Positions 11,134 through 22,968 of a stretch of 64,000 nt of DNA are shown here, piece after piece. This DNA comes from an uncultured Desulfarculus sp. (GTDB lineage Bacteria > Desulfobacterota > Desulfarculia > Desulfarculales > Desulfarculaceae), in assembly GCA_963665125.2 (NCBI GenBank), contig CAXXUK010000001.1:3616001-3680000 (forward strand). The letters run 5' to 3'. Each line of letters begins with the position of its first letter. Position 1 is the first letter of the stretch. The notes beneath the pieces were generated by a model. The model was given only the letters and a program-made list of their open reading frames with translations. It made no database searches and was not told where the DNA came from. A program made the position numbers and the translations under genes.

Positions 11134-11628
11134 CTACCTGGTTGCTTTACTGATGGCTTCTTCCAATTTTCGCAGAATGAGCCGGGCAACAGCAGGCTGG
11201 GGCACCTTGTCGATTACCTGCTGCACGACTTCATTGCGGAAATCCTCGGCCATCTCCAACCGTTTTTTTCCGTCATTGGTGATCCGCAGGACCCTGGCCC
11301 TGCGGTCTTGTTCCATCACGTCACGGGAGAGCAGGCCTCTTTTGACCATTTCTCCCACTGCCCCACTCAGGGCCTGAGGTCTTATCCCAACCTGAGCGGC
11401 CGCCTCGCTTACGGTAAGGCCTTTTTCGCCTTTTTGCTCGGCCAGCCTCAGCACGTTGAAAGACGGTGTGCTTAGGTCGGCCTCGGCTGCCATTCGGAAG
11501 AGTAACCTCTCAGCCCTGCGCCCCAACGCAATGATCATTTCCACGACTTCTTGGGCGTCATTGCTTCGGGGCCCCTCACCCGAAGCTTCATAGCCCATAC
11601 CGCTGTCCCTAACAACCTGTTCCATCAC
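11134..11628 (-). CDS. MarR family winged-helix transcriptional regulator
   Basis: LSTPSFNVL, TVSEAA, GLLSR...DRRARVLRITNDG pattern. Confidence 0.8.
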   Translation of the reverse strand: MMEQVVRDSGMGYEASGEGPRSNDAQEVVEMIIALGRRAERLLFRMAAEADLSTPSFNVLRLAEQKGEKGLTVSEAAAQVGIRPQALSGAVGEMVKRGLLSRDVMEQDRRARVLRITNDGKKRLEMAEDFRNEVVQQVIDKVPQPAVARLILRKLEEAISKATR

Positions 11629-12443
11629 ACCCCCCTTGCACTTTCGTGCAACCCATTGGTGTTTTCGTGATTGTTATTTACAACTACATTTCCTACCTAC
11701 TACTCATTCAACTTTTTAATACCAACTATTACCTAACATTATGTGTTTTTCCACTTATGTTTTTCGACATTATCCAACAGCTTAATATTTTTTATTCGTA
11801 CTACTTCGTTTTTATTTGACTATTTTGTCTAGACTTGGAATAATTATGTTTATTATTTTAAAACCGTTTCTTGTTTTTAGTCCTCACTTCTTAACTTGGA
11901 CCACCAATAAACGACTCGGCATCCCTGTGCGTTTTTGCGTAATCTTCTTTTGTATTTATTTGGCCGCCATATCAACCCCCGACTTTTATTAGGGCTTGAA
12001 ACCATCCTTTCGTGCACCGACATTCAACGTGCCGGTTGTCGGAATTTGCTTTAGGCCACCCCGTCAACCATGCCGCAATTTGATCGATACTATTTCTTTC
12101 TGGTTTTTCTTTTTATGATCTTCTCGATACTCGTCATACATAATTCCAAAAACCAGCCAGGTCATGCGCTCACGTTTGTGTAATTAGCTTACTCTTTTTG
12201 CGGCCACCCTTGGTTCCGCAGCCGCTTAAAATCCGCCTATTTTTATTTTCAATGTTTTTTCAGTCAAATACGGTTTAATTGGTTTTTCGTATATATCTTA
12301 AATTAGTTAATAATATCAGTCTAGTTCTAATTTAATAACCGTTTTTTACGCCTTGCTATTATTCCGGCTGAACTGCACCTATAGTCCCAAGCTCTCTAAA
12401 TCTTGCTTAATAAAAGAAATAACTTGCTATTTCTGGTGTTTAG

Positions 12444-14876
<2,433 letters not shown>

Positions 14877-14899
14877 TTATAAGTTCACAAAAACCGGAA

Positions 14900-14936
14900 G
14901 CGCCCGACAGGACAAAGGTCTGCCGGGCGCTTTTTT
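14900..14936 (+). terminator. Rho-independent terminator of gyrB
   Basis: gcgcccg...cgggcgc followed by a T run. Confidence 0.8.
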
Positions 14937-15094
14937 GTGTACAACTTCGATTTTTATTGCCAACGGACCAATCTTTGGACATAGTTCGGGAGAATAATTT
15001 TTACTAACAACTCTACCAATGTTTGCCAGCCACATCATTGCCAGCGCCTCTTCATGAATGGCCAGCTTAGGTGTCAAACGATCCAAATAGGTCT

Positions 15095-16100
15095 ATGCCG
15101 CGAATTCTTGTAATCGATGACGATCCCGTCATTGGACACTTGCTGTTCAGTCATTTTGAAGAGATGGGCTACGTAACCCATCGCGCCACCACCGGTATGG
15201 ACGCCCTGGGCCTGGCCGCCGTTGAAATGTATGACGTTGTTTTTCTCGACGTTCGCCTGCCCGACGGCAGCGGGCTGGACATCATAGGAGACCTGAAGGA
15301 ATCAGCCGGAAAGCCGGAAGTGATCATCATCACCGGTTACGGCGAACCCGACGGCGCGGCCCTGGCCATAAACAGCGGCGCATGGGACTACATCGAAAAG
15401 CCGTTCAAGCTCAAACAGGTAACGCTATTATTGATGCGCGTCCTGGAACACCGCGAACGCCGTGCCCGCCAAGGTCCGCAATCCAGTCTCAAACGAGACG
15501 GCCTTATCGGTTCCAGCCCCAAGATAAACTCCTGCCTCAACCAGGTTTTCGAGGCGTCCCAGGTTGACGCCAGCGTTCTGATTGTCGGTGAAACCGGTAC
15601 GGGCAAGGAATTGTTCGCCCGGGCCATCCACAACAACAGCCGGCGCAGCAATGCCTCGTTTATGGCTGTTGACTGCGCATCGCTGCCCGAGACATTGGCC
15701 GAAAGCGTATTATTCGGTCACGAAAAAGGAGCCTTTACCGGCGCCCACACCCGCCGCGACGGGATGTTTGCCCAGGCCGACGGCGGTACGCTTTTCCTGG
15801 ACGAGATCGGCGAACTCCGTCCCATGATGCAGGCAAAGCTGCTTCGGGTCTTGCAGGAACGTGTATATCGGCCCGTTGGTTCAGCCAGGGACCTGCGCAG
15901 TGATTTCAGGTTGGTGGCCGCGACAAACCGCGATCTAGATTCCATGACCGAATCCGGCCATTTCCGCAAGGATCTGCTTTTCCGGCTGCGTTCCTTCACC
16001 CTCAAGCTTCCTCCGCTGCGCGAGCGCCCAGAGGACATCAAGGAAATCTGCACCTATCATGCTGCCCGTCTGGCCAAGCACTACAGCATTCCGGAAAAGA
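15095..16100 (+). CDS. Sigma-54-dependent NtrC-family response regulator, truncated at the junction
   Basis: Receiver domain (IDDD, LDVRLPD), GETGTGKE, GAFTGA, FLDEIGE, LPPLRER. The C-terminal AAA lid and HTH are missing. Confidence 0.85.
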
Positions 16101-16768
16101 GAAGAGTTGCTGAGATGGAAAAGCTTTATGAAAATATTTTTCGTGCCGTGAACATTGCTCTGGTCAATGAGTTGGCACTTCTGTGCAACAAAATTGATAT
16201 TGATATCTGGGAAGTAATAAAACTGGCAAAGACCAAACCCTATGGCTTCCTTCCCTTCTACCCCGGTCCGGGAATGGGTGGACATTGCATCCCCATAGAT
16301 CCCTTCTATCTTACCTGGAAAGCCAGGGAGTATGATTTCAACACCAAGTTTATCGAGCTTGCCGGAGAAATTAACACCCGTATGCCTTATGAAATCACCC
16401 AGATGATCATTGATGCCCTTTCCACCGTTAAGAAATGTATAAACGGAGCAAAGGTTCTCATTCTTGGAGTTGCTTACAAAAAGGATATTGCAGACTATAG
16501 GGAATCCTCATCTCTTAAGATATTCGAAATACTTCATTCCAGGGGGGCGGATGTTCATTATAACGATCCCTTGATTCACCGGGTTCCCACCAATGGAAGC
16601 TTCTCAGAATCGGTTTCCCTCCAGAACCTGGGTGATTATGACTGTGTGGTAATAGCAACGGATCATTCCGCTTATGATTATGATAAAATACTGGAAGAGT
16701 CCAAACTCATAGTAGACACGAGAAATGCGCTAAAAATAAGAGATAACCCGAAGGTTTTCACTCTTTAA
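16101..16768 (+). CDS. C-terminal half of a nucleotide-sugar (UDP-GlcNAc/UDP-glucose type) dehydrogenase, 5' truncated at the junction
   Basis: AEMEKLYENIFRAVNIALVNEL, PGPGMGGHCIPIDP (catalytic Cys), GVAYKKDIADYRES. Confidence 0.85.
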
Positions 16769-17150
16769 AAAACTGGTGACAGCTTCCCTATTTTTCCTGT
16801 GTGAATGTGGGTAGTTCCGAATATAAAGTTATCTGGGGTATTCAGGAAGCTCAAGCTATCAATTGTTTTTGACGGCAAGCTGGAAGCCCGCATTCACATT
16901 CGGATAAGAGAATTGATCCTATTTCCACCATGTTATAACACAAACGACTGGGTAGCGGGTGGCCTCTGCCACTGGCGATCATACAAACTAACCGGGGAAA
17001 CAAAAGGCTTCGCCTTTTCAAGCGGCAGGAAGTATGCTATGTTGTATCTGTTCGGAAATTTTTTTGGGATTTTTCTCTTCTTGAGAAAAAGACAGGTCGT
17101 GCTTCCTTAAATGGTAGTTTTGAGATAACAACAAAAAGGAGGCGACGACC

Positions 17151-18470
17151 ATGTCTAAAAAGGTATTAAAGGTTAGTAGACAATTTCCTGCAAACACTTT
17201 GTTTGTGGGAGTGGACATTGCGAAAAAAATTCATTTTGCCAGGGCTTATGGAAGCAATTGCGAAGAAGGGAGTGAAGCTTTCCGGTTCACCAATGACAGA
17301 AAAGGTTTCAATGCTTTCCTGGATCGTATTGAATTGTGGAGGCAAAAATACGGTGCTGCCGGGATAGTAATTGGGATGGAGCCTACGGGTAACTACTGGA
17401 GGCCATTGGAGCATTTTTTGAAGAAAGCCGGCTTTGAGGTTTGTCTGGTTTCACCTTTGAGTGTGAGCCGGTTCAAGGATGCAGAGGACAATTCACCTTT
17501 GAAGAGCGACAGCAAGGATGCCCTGTTGATTGCCAGGCATTTGAGAATGGGGGCTGTGTTGACCCGGTCACCGGAGGATCACTTCAGAGAGATTGTTAAA
17601 AGATGTGTTATCCATATTGAAGATTTGAATAAAATACTTGTTATGCTGACAAATCTTCTTGAAAGCTATATTGCGGCACATTTCCCGGAGGTTCTGAAAT
17701 TTATGCCTGACATAGCTTCCGCCACGATGATGGTGCTTCTTGAGAAATTTCCAACACCGGAAACCCTTGCCGATGCAGGACCTGACGAAGTTTTGAAAGC
17801 TCTCTCCGAAGTGCCCGATAAAAAGTTCTCCGTGGAGAAAGTCCGGCTACTCTGCAATGATGCCGCCGAGAGCATCGGAGCACCCGTAGAGGGAGAGGCC
17901 GCCAACCTTGGACTGTCAACAGTCTTGAAAATATATGAGGTGGCGGCCGGAGCGAAAAAGCAGTTTGTCGGGATTCTTCGCAAAACTTTGCCCAACATCC
18001 CATCTTACAAGATTCTTCGCAGTGTAAGAGGCATCGGAATGATGACCGCAGCTACAATCATAGCATTTCTGGGCGATTTAAGCGATTATGACAGCGCCGC
18101 CCAGGTTTTGAAGAAAGCGGGGCTCAATCTTTTCAACCGGTCCTCCGGCTCCAGGCGGGGCAATTGCCACATCAGCCGGCGTGGCAAGGGTCTCTTGAGG
18201 AAGAACCTTTATATGGCGTGCCTGTCGCATACCCGCAAGAATTCACCCTTTTATGGGAAATACACGAAATTGCGGAATCGGTTTTTTTCTCACCGAAAAG
18301 CTATTGTGCCCCTGATGCGAAAAATTTTAAAAATATGTTTCGCGCTTGTTCGCAAGAGCGAGATGTTTGACCCGGCTTATGAGGCGATAGCAAATGCCCG
18401 TATCGATTCAAAGTGTTTTGTCGGGGCAGAGAAAAATCAAAGCGGCATACGGCGCAGTGAAGCCGTTTAG
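17151..18470 (+). CDS. IS110-family DEDD recombinase/transposase
   Basis: VGVDIAK, GMEPTG, KSDSKDA (DEDD), SVRGIG, and SSGS (catalytic Ser region). aggagg RBS. Confidence 0.95.
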   Translation: MSKKVLKVSRQFPANTLFVGVDIAKKIHFARAYGSNCEEGSEAFRFTNDRKGFNAFLDRIELWRQKYGAAGIVIGMEPTGNYWRPLEHFLKKAGFEVCLVSPLSVSRFKDAEDNSPLKSDSKDALLIARHLRMGAVLTRSPEDHFREIVKRCVIHIEDLNKILVMLTNLLESYIAAHFPEVLKFMPDIASATMMVLLEKFPTPETLADAGPDEVLKALSEVPDKKFSVEKVRLLCNDAAESIGAPVEGEAANLGLSTVLKIYEVAAGAKKQFVGILRKTLPNIPSYKILRSVRGIGMMTAATIIAFLGDLSDYDSAAQVLKKAGLNLFNRSSGSRRGNCHISRRGKGLLRKNLYMACLSHTRKNSPFYGKYTKLRNRFFSHRKAIVPLMRKILKICFALVRKSEMFDPAYEAIANARIDSKCFVGAEKNQSGIRRSEAV

Positions 18471-18700
18471 GCTCATCTGACGCTCCCAGGAAGTATTGTT
18501 TAATCTGTCCCCGACTTCGCATGCAGCATACTTGACCGTAAGGCCGGATAACAGGTTCGATGCGGGGACGCCCGCTCCGGTTTTCGATGACGGATTGACC
18601 GCCGGAAAATTTTATGCAGAAGCAAAGATGGATGTAAAATCGCTTCCACCCGCTTCCCGCAAGGGCCGGCGTGCTTTCTGAGCATCGAAAAACCGTGGTC
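18420..18700 (+). ncRNA. Putative bridge/seek RNA of the IS110 element (boundaries approximate)
   Basis: Stem with an internal loop carrying agcatact (18525-18532) and ataacag (18548-18554), which match the two strands of the circle junction. aagcggcat (18440-18448) and caggaa (18487-18492) match the target flanks. Confidence 0.6.
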
Positions 18701-19100
18701 ATGTTAGGTGTATGCAATTTTTCAGGAATAGCGAAAATATTATTCGTAATTCCCCTAAGCAATACCCGGTTGGCTGTCGTTTCAGGTGAAAACTTTCCTA
18801 AAACCGGCAGTATAACTTGGTTTTTAGAAAATCAAGCATCTGGTTCCATGATTAGGCGACTGGCGGGAGCCCTCTGACAAACCGAGCATGCCAAAATCTA
18901 CCGGGAGCTTCCCACTGGGGGAAAAATTTCCGGCAGGGCGGTTCAGTAAGGAGAAATCCAGAGCCGGAATTTTCCGGGAAGGACGCTCAAATGAGATAGA
19001 TTCAAGGAAATCTCAGACTCCGGGCGCCGGGGGGACACCCCCCTGCCCCCCCCGGAAAATCATAATCTGAAAATCAACTGAAAAAAAATCTTGGGAAGTA

Positions 19101-19117
19101 TTGACTTTAACATAACA
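19101..19117 (+). promoter_or_regulatory. -35 half of the IS circle-junction promoter (the -10 half is at 17038-17043)
   Basis: TTGACT, 11 bp of right end, 6 bp of left end, then TATGTT: a 17-bp spacer with an extended -10 TG. Confidence 0.75.
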
Positions 19118-19280
19118 TGCCGCTTGTACCGGGTTTTGCCTCGATTTAGCCTTAACCGAATGCCAATGTGGATGCCCGCCCTACTTACTTGATCTTTATG
19201 GATACCCCAATTAAAGTTATTTGACTAAAATATCTGGTTTTGGATAAGAATCAGGATCCTGTCTGAAAGGATATTCTCTT

Positions 19281-20078
19281 ATGTATTGGTGGAATGAAAT
19301 CTACGATTTTATATATACCCATGAAAACCTCTGGTATCCCCATGAACTTATGAAAGAAATTACCGCTCATGAAATCGATTCCCTTCAGAGAATCCTTGAT
19401 CTGAAAAGAAACTCGGTTATTCTGGATGTCGGGTGTGGAAGAGGAAGACATTCCATTGAACTTGCAAGGCGGGGGCATAATGTTACAGGGTTGGATATAT
19501 CGGAAAAACTGATTTCGCTGTCTGAGGAAGAATATAAAAACACTGTTGTATCGAATTCCGATAAGGATGAATTTTCCGGGACTTGCTCTTTTATAATATC
19601 AGATATGAGGGAAATCGGGTTCAGGAATGAATTTGACCTGATTATGTTTATGGATGTATCCTTTGGAATCTTTGATGATGAAGAAAATCAGAAAATAATT
19701 AATAAGACTTATGAAGCTCTGAAACCGGGAGGAAAGGCATTCTTCTCCCTGTTCAACCCCTACTGGTGGTCAACTCACCCCCATACGCGGCACTGGGGAG
19801 ATGAAACCGGCGAAGTTATAAGGAAATACAGCTTCAACCCTCTGGAGGGCAGGGTAGAGGACAGGCAGCTTTTTATCAACGCAGAAGAAGGTATAAGAAA
19901 AGAACTGCCCCTTCAGACTCTCAGGGCATATACATTTCCCGAAATGAAAAGAATGTGTGTAGAAGCGGGATTTACTTCATTTTCTTTGTTCGGTGACAAA
20001 GGAGATTTCACTCCGGATCCTGATGGGGTCTTCGATGCCGCTAAGTCCCTGGGAATGTTTGTGCTGGCAAAAAGATAA
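19281..20078 (+). CDS. Class I SAM-dependent methyltransferase
   Basis: ILDVGCGRGRH, VTGLDIS, DMR, LKPGGK. Confidence 0.9.
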   Translation: MYWWNEIYDFIYTHENLWYPHELMKEITAHEIDSLQRILDLKRNSVILDVGCGRGRHSIELARRGHNVTGLDISEKLISLSEEEYKNTVVSNSDKDEFSGTCSFIISDMREIGFRNEFDLIMFMDVSFGIFDDEENQKIINKTYEALKPGGKAFFSLFNPYWWSTHPHTRHWGDETGEVIRKYSFNPLEGRVEDRQLFINAEEGIRKELPLQTLRAYTFPEMKRMCVEAGFTSFSLFGDKGDFTPDPDGVFDAAKSLGMFVLAKR

Positions 20079-20100
20079 TTCAGAGAAATAGTTGTTATTA

Positions 20101-20434
20101 TTTATCGGATTGATTGCACCTTCCAATGATCTGGATGAATTGGCGGAAGTTTTGCAGGATATCAATATCTGCGGCTTCCATGGCGAAAAATTAATCGACT
20201 CTTCAACATCCGAAGTAAAGCGAGCCATTCAATGTTTTTTAAAGATAAACAATAGTGCCATCCCGTGATAATGAATATGCAATAGGTGTTATAAATATTC
20301 ACAGTTCCGCAACTGATGCTTTTGGAGAAGTTGAGTCATCACCGGCGGAATATGCCTCCAGTCTTATTGAAACCGGCCTTCAATCCAATAAGGATAAACT
20401 TGCACAATCTGATTCTCTGTTGTATAAATATTGA
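20101..20434 (+). pseudogene. Possible degraded gene fragment, GAF-like
   Basis: Broken frames, including IVPSRDNEYAIGVINIHSSATDAFGEVE, which resembles the C-terminal half of a GAF domain. Confidence 0.25.
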
Positions 20435-20449
20435 TAAGGAGGGGAGACT

Positions 20450-20674
20450 ATGAAAAGAGAGCAGTTTTCGGGAATTGGAACGGGTGGTAGTGCCGGTTCC
20501 GTAAGGATTACAAACCCAATAAATATTCATAAATCCGGAAAAAGAAGCCAGGGTTTCCTTCTGAAAAATATCGAGTCCTCAATCCCTTCATCCCCGGAAA
20601 AACGAGAACAGATAATCGGTTTAGTCGATCAAAAAGTTGATGATAACATAAGGAAAATTATCGATAGTATTTAA
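20450..20674 (+). CDS. Small hypothetical protein
   Basis: 74-aa ORF with strong aggagg RBS. Confidence 0.5.
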   Translation: MKREQFSGIGTGGSAGSVRITNPINIHKSGKRSQGFLLKNIESSIPSSPEKREQIIGLVDQKVDDNIRKIIDSI

Positions 20675-20768
20675 CTAAAAATTAGCTGAGGTTATCAGGA
20701 GCCTCTTTTATTGCGGTGTTTCTTTTCTCTTTTTACTTACCGTTTGAGGCTGTCGAAAAAGTGGGGGA

Positions 20769-20796
20769 GAGATCCTTCGACAGGCTCAGGATGACA
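20769..20796. repeat. Dispersed repeat, family 2 (gagatccttcgac...caggatgaca)
   Basis: Similar copies at 24006-24034 and, degenerate, at ~55569-55590. Confidence 0.6.
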
Positions 20797-20858
20797 ACCC
20801 TCCTGCTTCCATCTGACTCAATGTGGTTTTCGATATTCTCATATCCCACCTCTCACCT

Positions 20859-21629
20859 CTAATTCCTGATATTCCCCTTATCCTCGCCTCCAACAACAAT
20901 TGCAGGTAAAAGACCCAGGTAGCTCATGGGAGGTTCCGGTGGATTCTGGCTTCCTGATATCCAGACATTTTCAGTCTGATGTGTGCTCATATCATGAATC
21001 CAGCCGTTTATGCTGATCATACCATTGTTGTCATCAACATTTATGTCCACATTTCTATCGCCCACTCTGCCGGAGATATGCTTATTACCCCCTGCAAAAC
21101 CGCTTTCATTGAGAAAAACATTATCTCTTCCCAGCCAGCCGTTGATGCTTCTGCTTCCTTCCGTTCCAAAGGAGTGCAGATTCACATTCTGATAGCCTCC
21201 GGAAGGAGCATTCACATAACCGGTAATAGAAGAACTATTGCCGTTTTGCCATTCGTTTATACCGACGGAGCCTGTTCCCACCCAGCCGTTAACATTTACT
21301 TCATCTCCACTTTTATTCATGCTGAGACTAACATGGCTGTTGCCCACTCTTCCGCTGACGTGTCCCGATATCGACAGAGCCTGTGAAGACTGAACAGCTG
21401 CGGCCTTTTCTGCAGATGTCGCATGTTGAATGATTGCTCTTTCTTTTATATCTTTCAGGTTAAGCTCGGGTGTATGAAGAGAATCTCCGGGGAGATCTAC
21501 TTTATCGCTATGAGTATTTTCCTCTTGTACCGAGGGTGCAGGTTTAATGGTTTTAATGTTTTTTAAAGGTGGTGTGGTAATACGGGATAGAACCTCAATA
21601 CCTGATGACATTTTTCCCATTGAATCCAT
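20859..21629 (-). CDS. Hypothetical protein with repeated [IV]xG[WRY][VL]G beta-hairpin units
   Basis: SGRVG, NGWVG, TGYVN, NGWLG, SGRVG, NGWI repeats after a low-complexity N-terminus. Confidence 0.7.
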   Translation of the reverse strand: MDSMGKMSSGIEVLSRITTPPLKNIKTIKPAPSVQEENTHSDKVDLPGDSLHTPELNLKDIKERAIIQHATSAEKAAAVQSSQALSISGHVSGRVGNSHVSLSMNKSGDEVNVNGWVGTGSVGINEWQNGNSSSITGYVNAPSGGYQNVNLHSFGTEGSRSINGWLGRDNVFLNESGFAGGNKHISGRVGDRNVDINVDDNNGMISINGWIHDMSTHQTENVWISGSQNPPEPPMSYLGLLPAIVVGGEDKGNIRN

Positions 21630-21815
21630 AATAACAATCCCCTTTGTTAAATATTAAAGTCGGAAAAATTACTAAGATCCCTTTTGACTATGAGTTCTCG
21701 GTAGATTTTAAATTTTTACGCAAAAATTCTCCTATACTTTATTCACTCATCAAGTAACATAAGTCAATAAGTTCAAAAATATTATTTTTCTATAGATGAT
21801 AATATGCGCAATTCG

Positions 21816-21872
21816 AGGGAAACAAAAGGCTTCGCCTTTTCAACCGACAAGACTGTCGGCTGTACCGGGTTT
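21816..21872 (+). repeat. Internal MITE segment without terminal repeats
   Basis: ggaaacaaaaggcttcgccttttcaa identical to 16996-17021, followed by a covariant hairpin ccgaca-agac-tgtcgg and tgtaccgggttt. Confidence 0.75.
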
Positions 21873-21904
21873 CACTTCATTACGGGTTTCCCCCGATTTT
21901 TACA

Positions 21905-21937
21905 ATAACCGGACATCCATGTCAGATGCCCGGTTAT
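21905..21937. terminator. Hairpin downstream of the Mrp gene
   Basis: aataaccgg.catc...gatg.ccggttatt. Confidence 0.55.
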
Positions 21938-21980
21938 TGATTTTTTATGACACTGAATGATGGAGTTTTTTTTCTTGATA

Positions 21981-22802
21981 TTATTCATCAGGAAAAAACT
22001 TTTCCACTTTTTCAAAGAAACTTACTATATCGGGGTCCGTAAATTTATGATTAAAAAGTCTCTTCTCATCAGCAGCTTCCACGATCTCAGGTTTTATAGG
22101 CAATGCCCCCAGGAAGGGAACTTCCATTTCTTTGGCCAGTTCTTCTCCGCCACCGGACTTGAACAGGTTTATTTTTTCTCCGCATTTGGGGCAGATTAAG
22201 CCGCTCATGTTTTCCACCACACCTATGATGGGTGTCGAAAGCTGACGGCAGAAGGAGACGGCTCTGCGGACATCGCTAACAGACAACTGTTGAGGTGTAG
22301 TCACCATAACGGCTCCTGTTCCTTCCCCTATCATCTGGCATACTGTCAGAGACTCGTCGCCGGTTCCGGGAGGTGAGTCGATGATGAGATAATCCAGTTC
22401 TCCCCATTCCACATCGGAGAGGAATGACTTTATCATATTATATTTCAATGGTCCCCGCCATATTACGGCATCACTTTTGGAATCAAGCAGATAACCGATG
22501 GAAACTACTTTGAGATTGGGGTATGGTTCCATAGGAATGAGCCTGTGGTTCAGAACATCCATTTTTGTTTGATTACTGTCAATGAAGCCGGGGATACTGG
22601 GACCATGAATATCCACATCCAGCAGACCTGTCTTCATGCCTTTGTTGGCGAGATATGCGGCGAGAGAAAAAGCGATGGTGCTCTTGCCTACCCCTCCTTT
22701 ACCGGAAAGGACCATTATACGGTTTTTGATCCCTTTGATGTTGTTTCTAACAGTTTCGAATTCTTTTTCTTTGAGAGCATTGGACATTGTGTTAAACCTC
22801 AT
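21981..22802 (-). CDS. Mrp/NBP35 (ApbC) Fe-S cluster carrier ATPase
   Basis: SGKGGVGKST, DVDIHGPS, IWRGP, DSPPGTGD, ENMSGLICPKC. The start may be 22787. Confidence 0.93.
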   Translation of the reverse strand: MRFNTMSNALKEKEFETVRNNIKGIKNRIMVLSGKGGVGKSTIAFSLAAYLANKGMKTGLLDVDIHGPSIPGFIDSNQTKMDVLNHRLIPMEPYPNLKVVSIGYLLDSKSDAVIWRGPLKYNMIKSFLSDVEWGELDYLIIDSPPGTGDESLTVCQMIGEGTGAVMVTTPQQLSVSDVRRAVSFCRQLSTPIIGVVENMSGLICPKCGEKINLFKSGGGEELAKEMEVPFLGALPIKPEIVEAADEKRLFNHKFTDPDIVSFFEKVEKFFPDE

Positions 22803-22968
22803 TTTTAATTTTATAACCTTATTCTGGTATTTACGTTATAAGAAATGAATTTCTCTTTAATTTGTTCATTGTTAATATACAATTCTTTTTGGGCAGGTGT
22901 TTTACTCATGATGTGATATTCCTGGAGTAGGGATCAGGACAGCTCAATTTTCGCGCTCTGAATTCAGC

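Larger units (their letters stand above)
17032..19117 (+). mobile_element. IS110-family (IS1111-like) insertion sequence, 2086 bp
   Basis: Removing it restores the hairpin caagcggca-ggaa-tgccgcttg, seen intact as caagcgaca-ggaa-tgtcgcttg at ~32028. Subterminal inverted repeats atgctatgtt / aacataacat. Long 3' non-coding region. No classical target duplication. Confidence 0.9.
16891..19168 (+). mobile_element. MITE copy A (192 bp when empty), interrupted by an IS110-family element
   Basis: Ends cattcacattcggataag / cttaaccgaatgccaatg. Flanking 10-mers tggaagcccg (16881-16890) and tggatgcccg (19169-19178). 2278 minus 2086 bp equals 192 bp, the same length as copy B. Confidence 0.8.

Noticed and set aside
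15071..16768. Novel NtrC/nucleotide-sugar dehydrogenase fusion protein
   Set aside because: Both halves are truncated and the join coincides with a permanent composition shift, so it is most likely an artefactual junction.
18646..18673. Second target guide (ccacccgct, complementary to agcgggtgg at 16954-16962)
   Set aside because: The 9-nt match is real, but these bases fit into a local hairpin stem and no partner guide follows, so it is likely chance.
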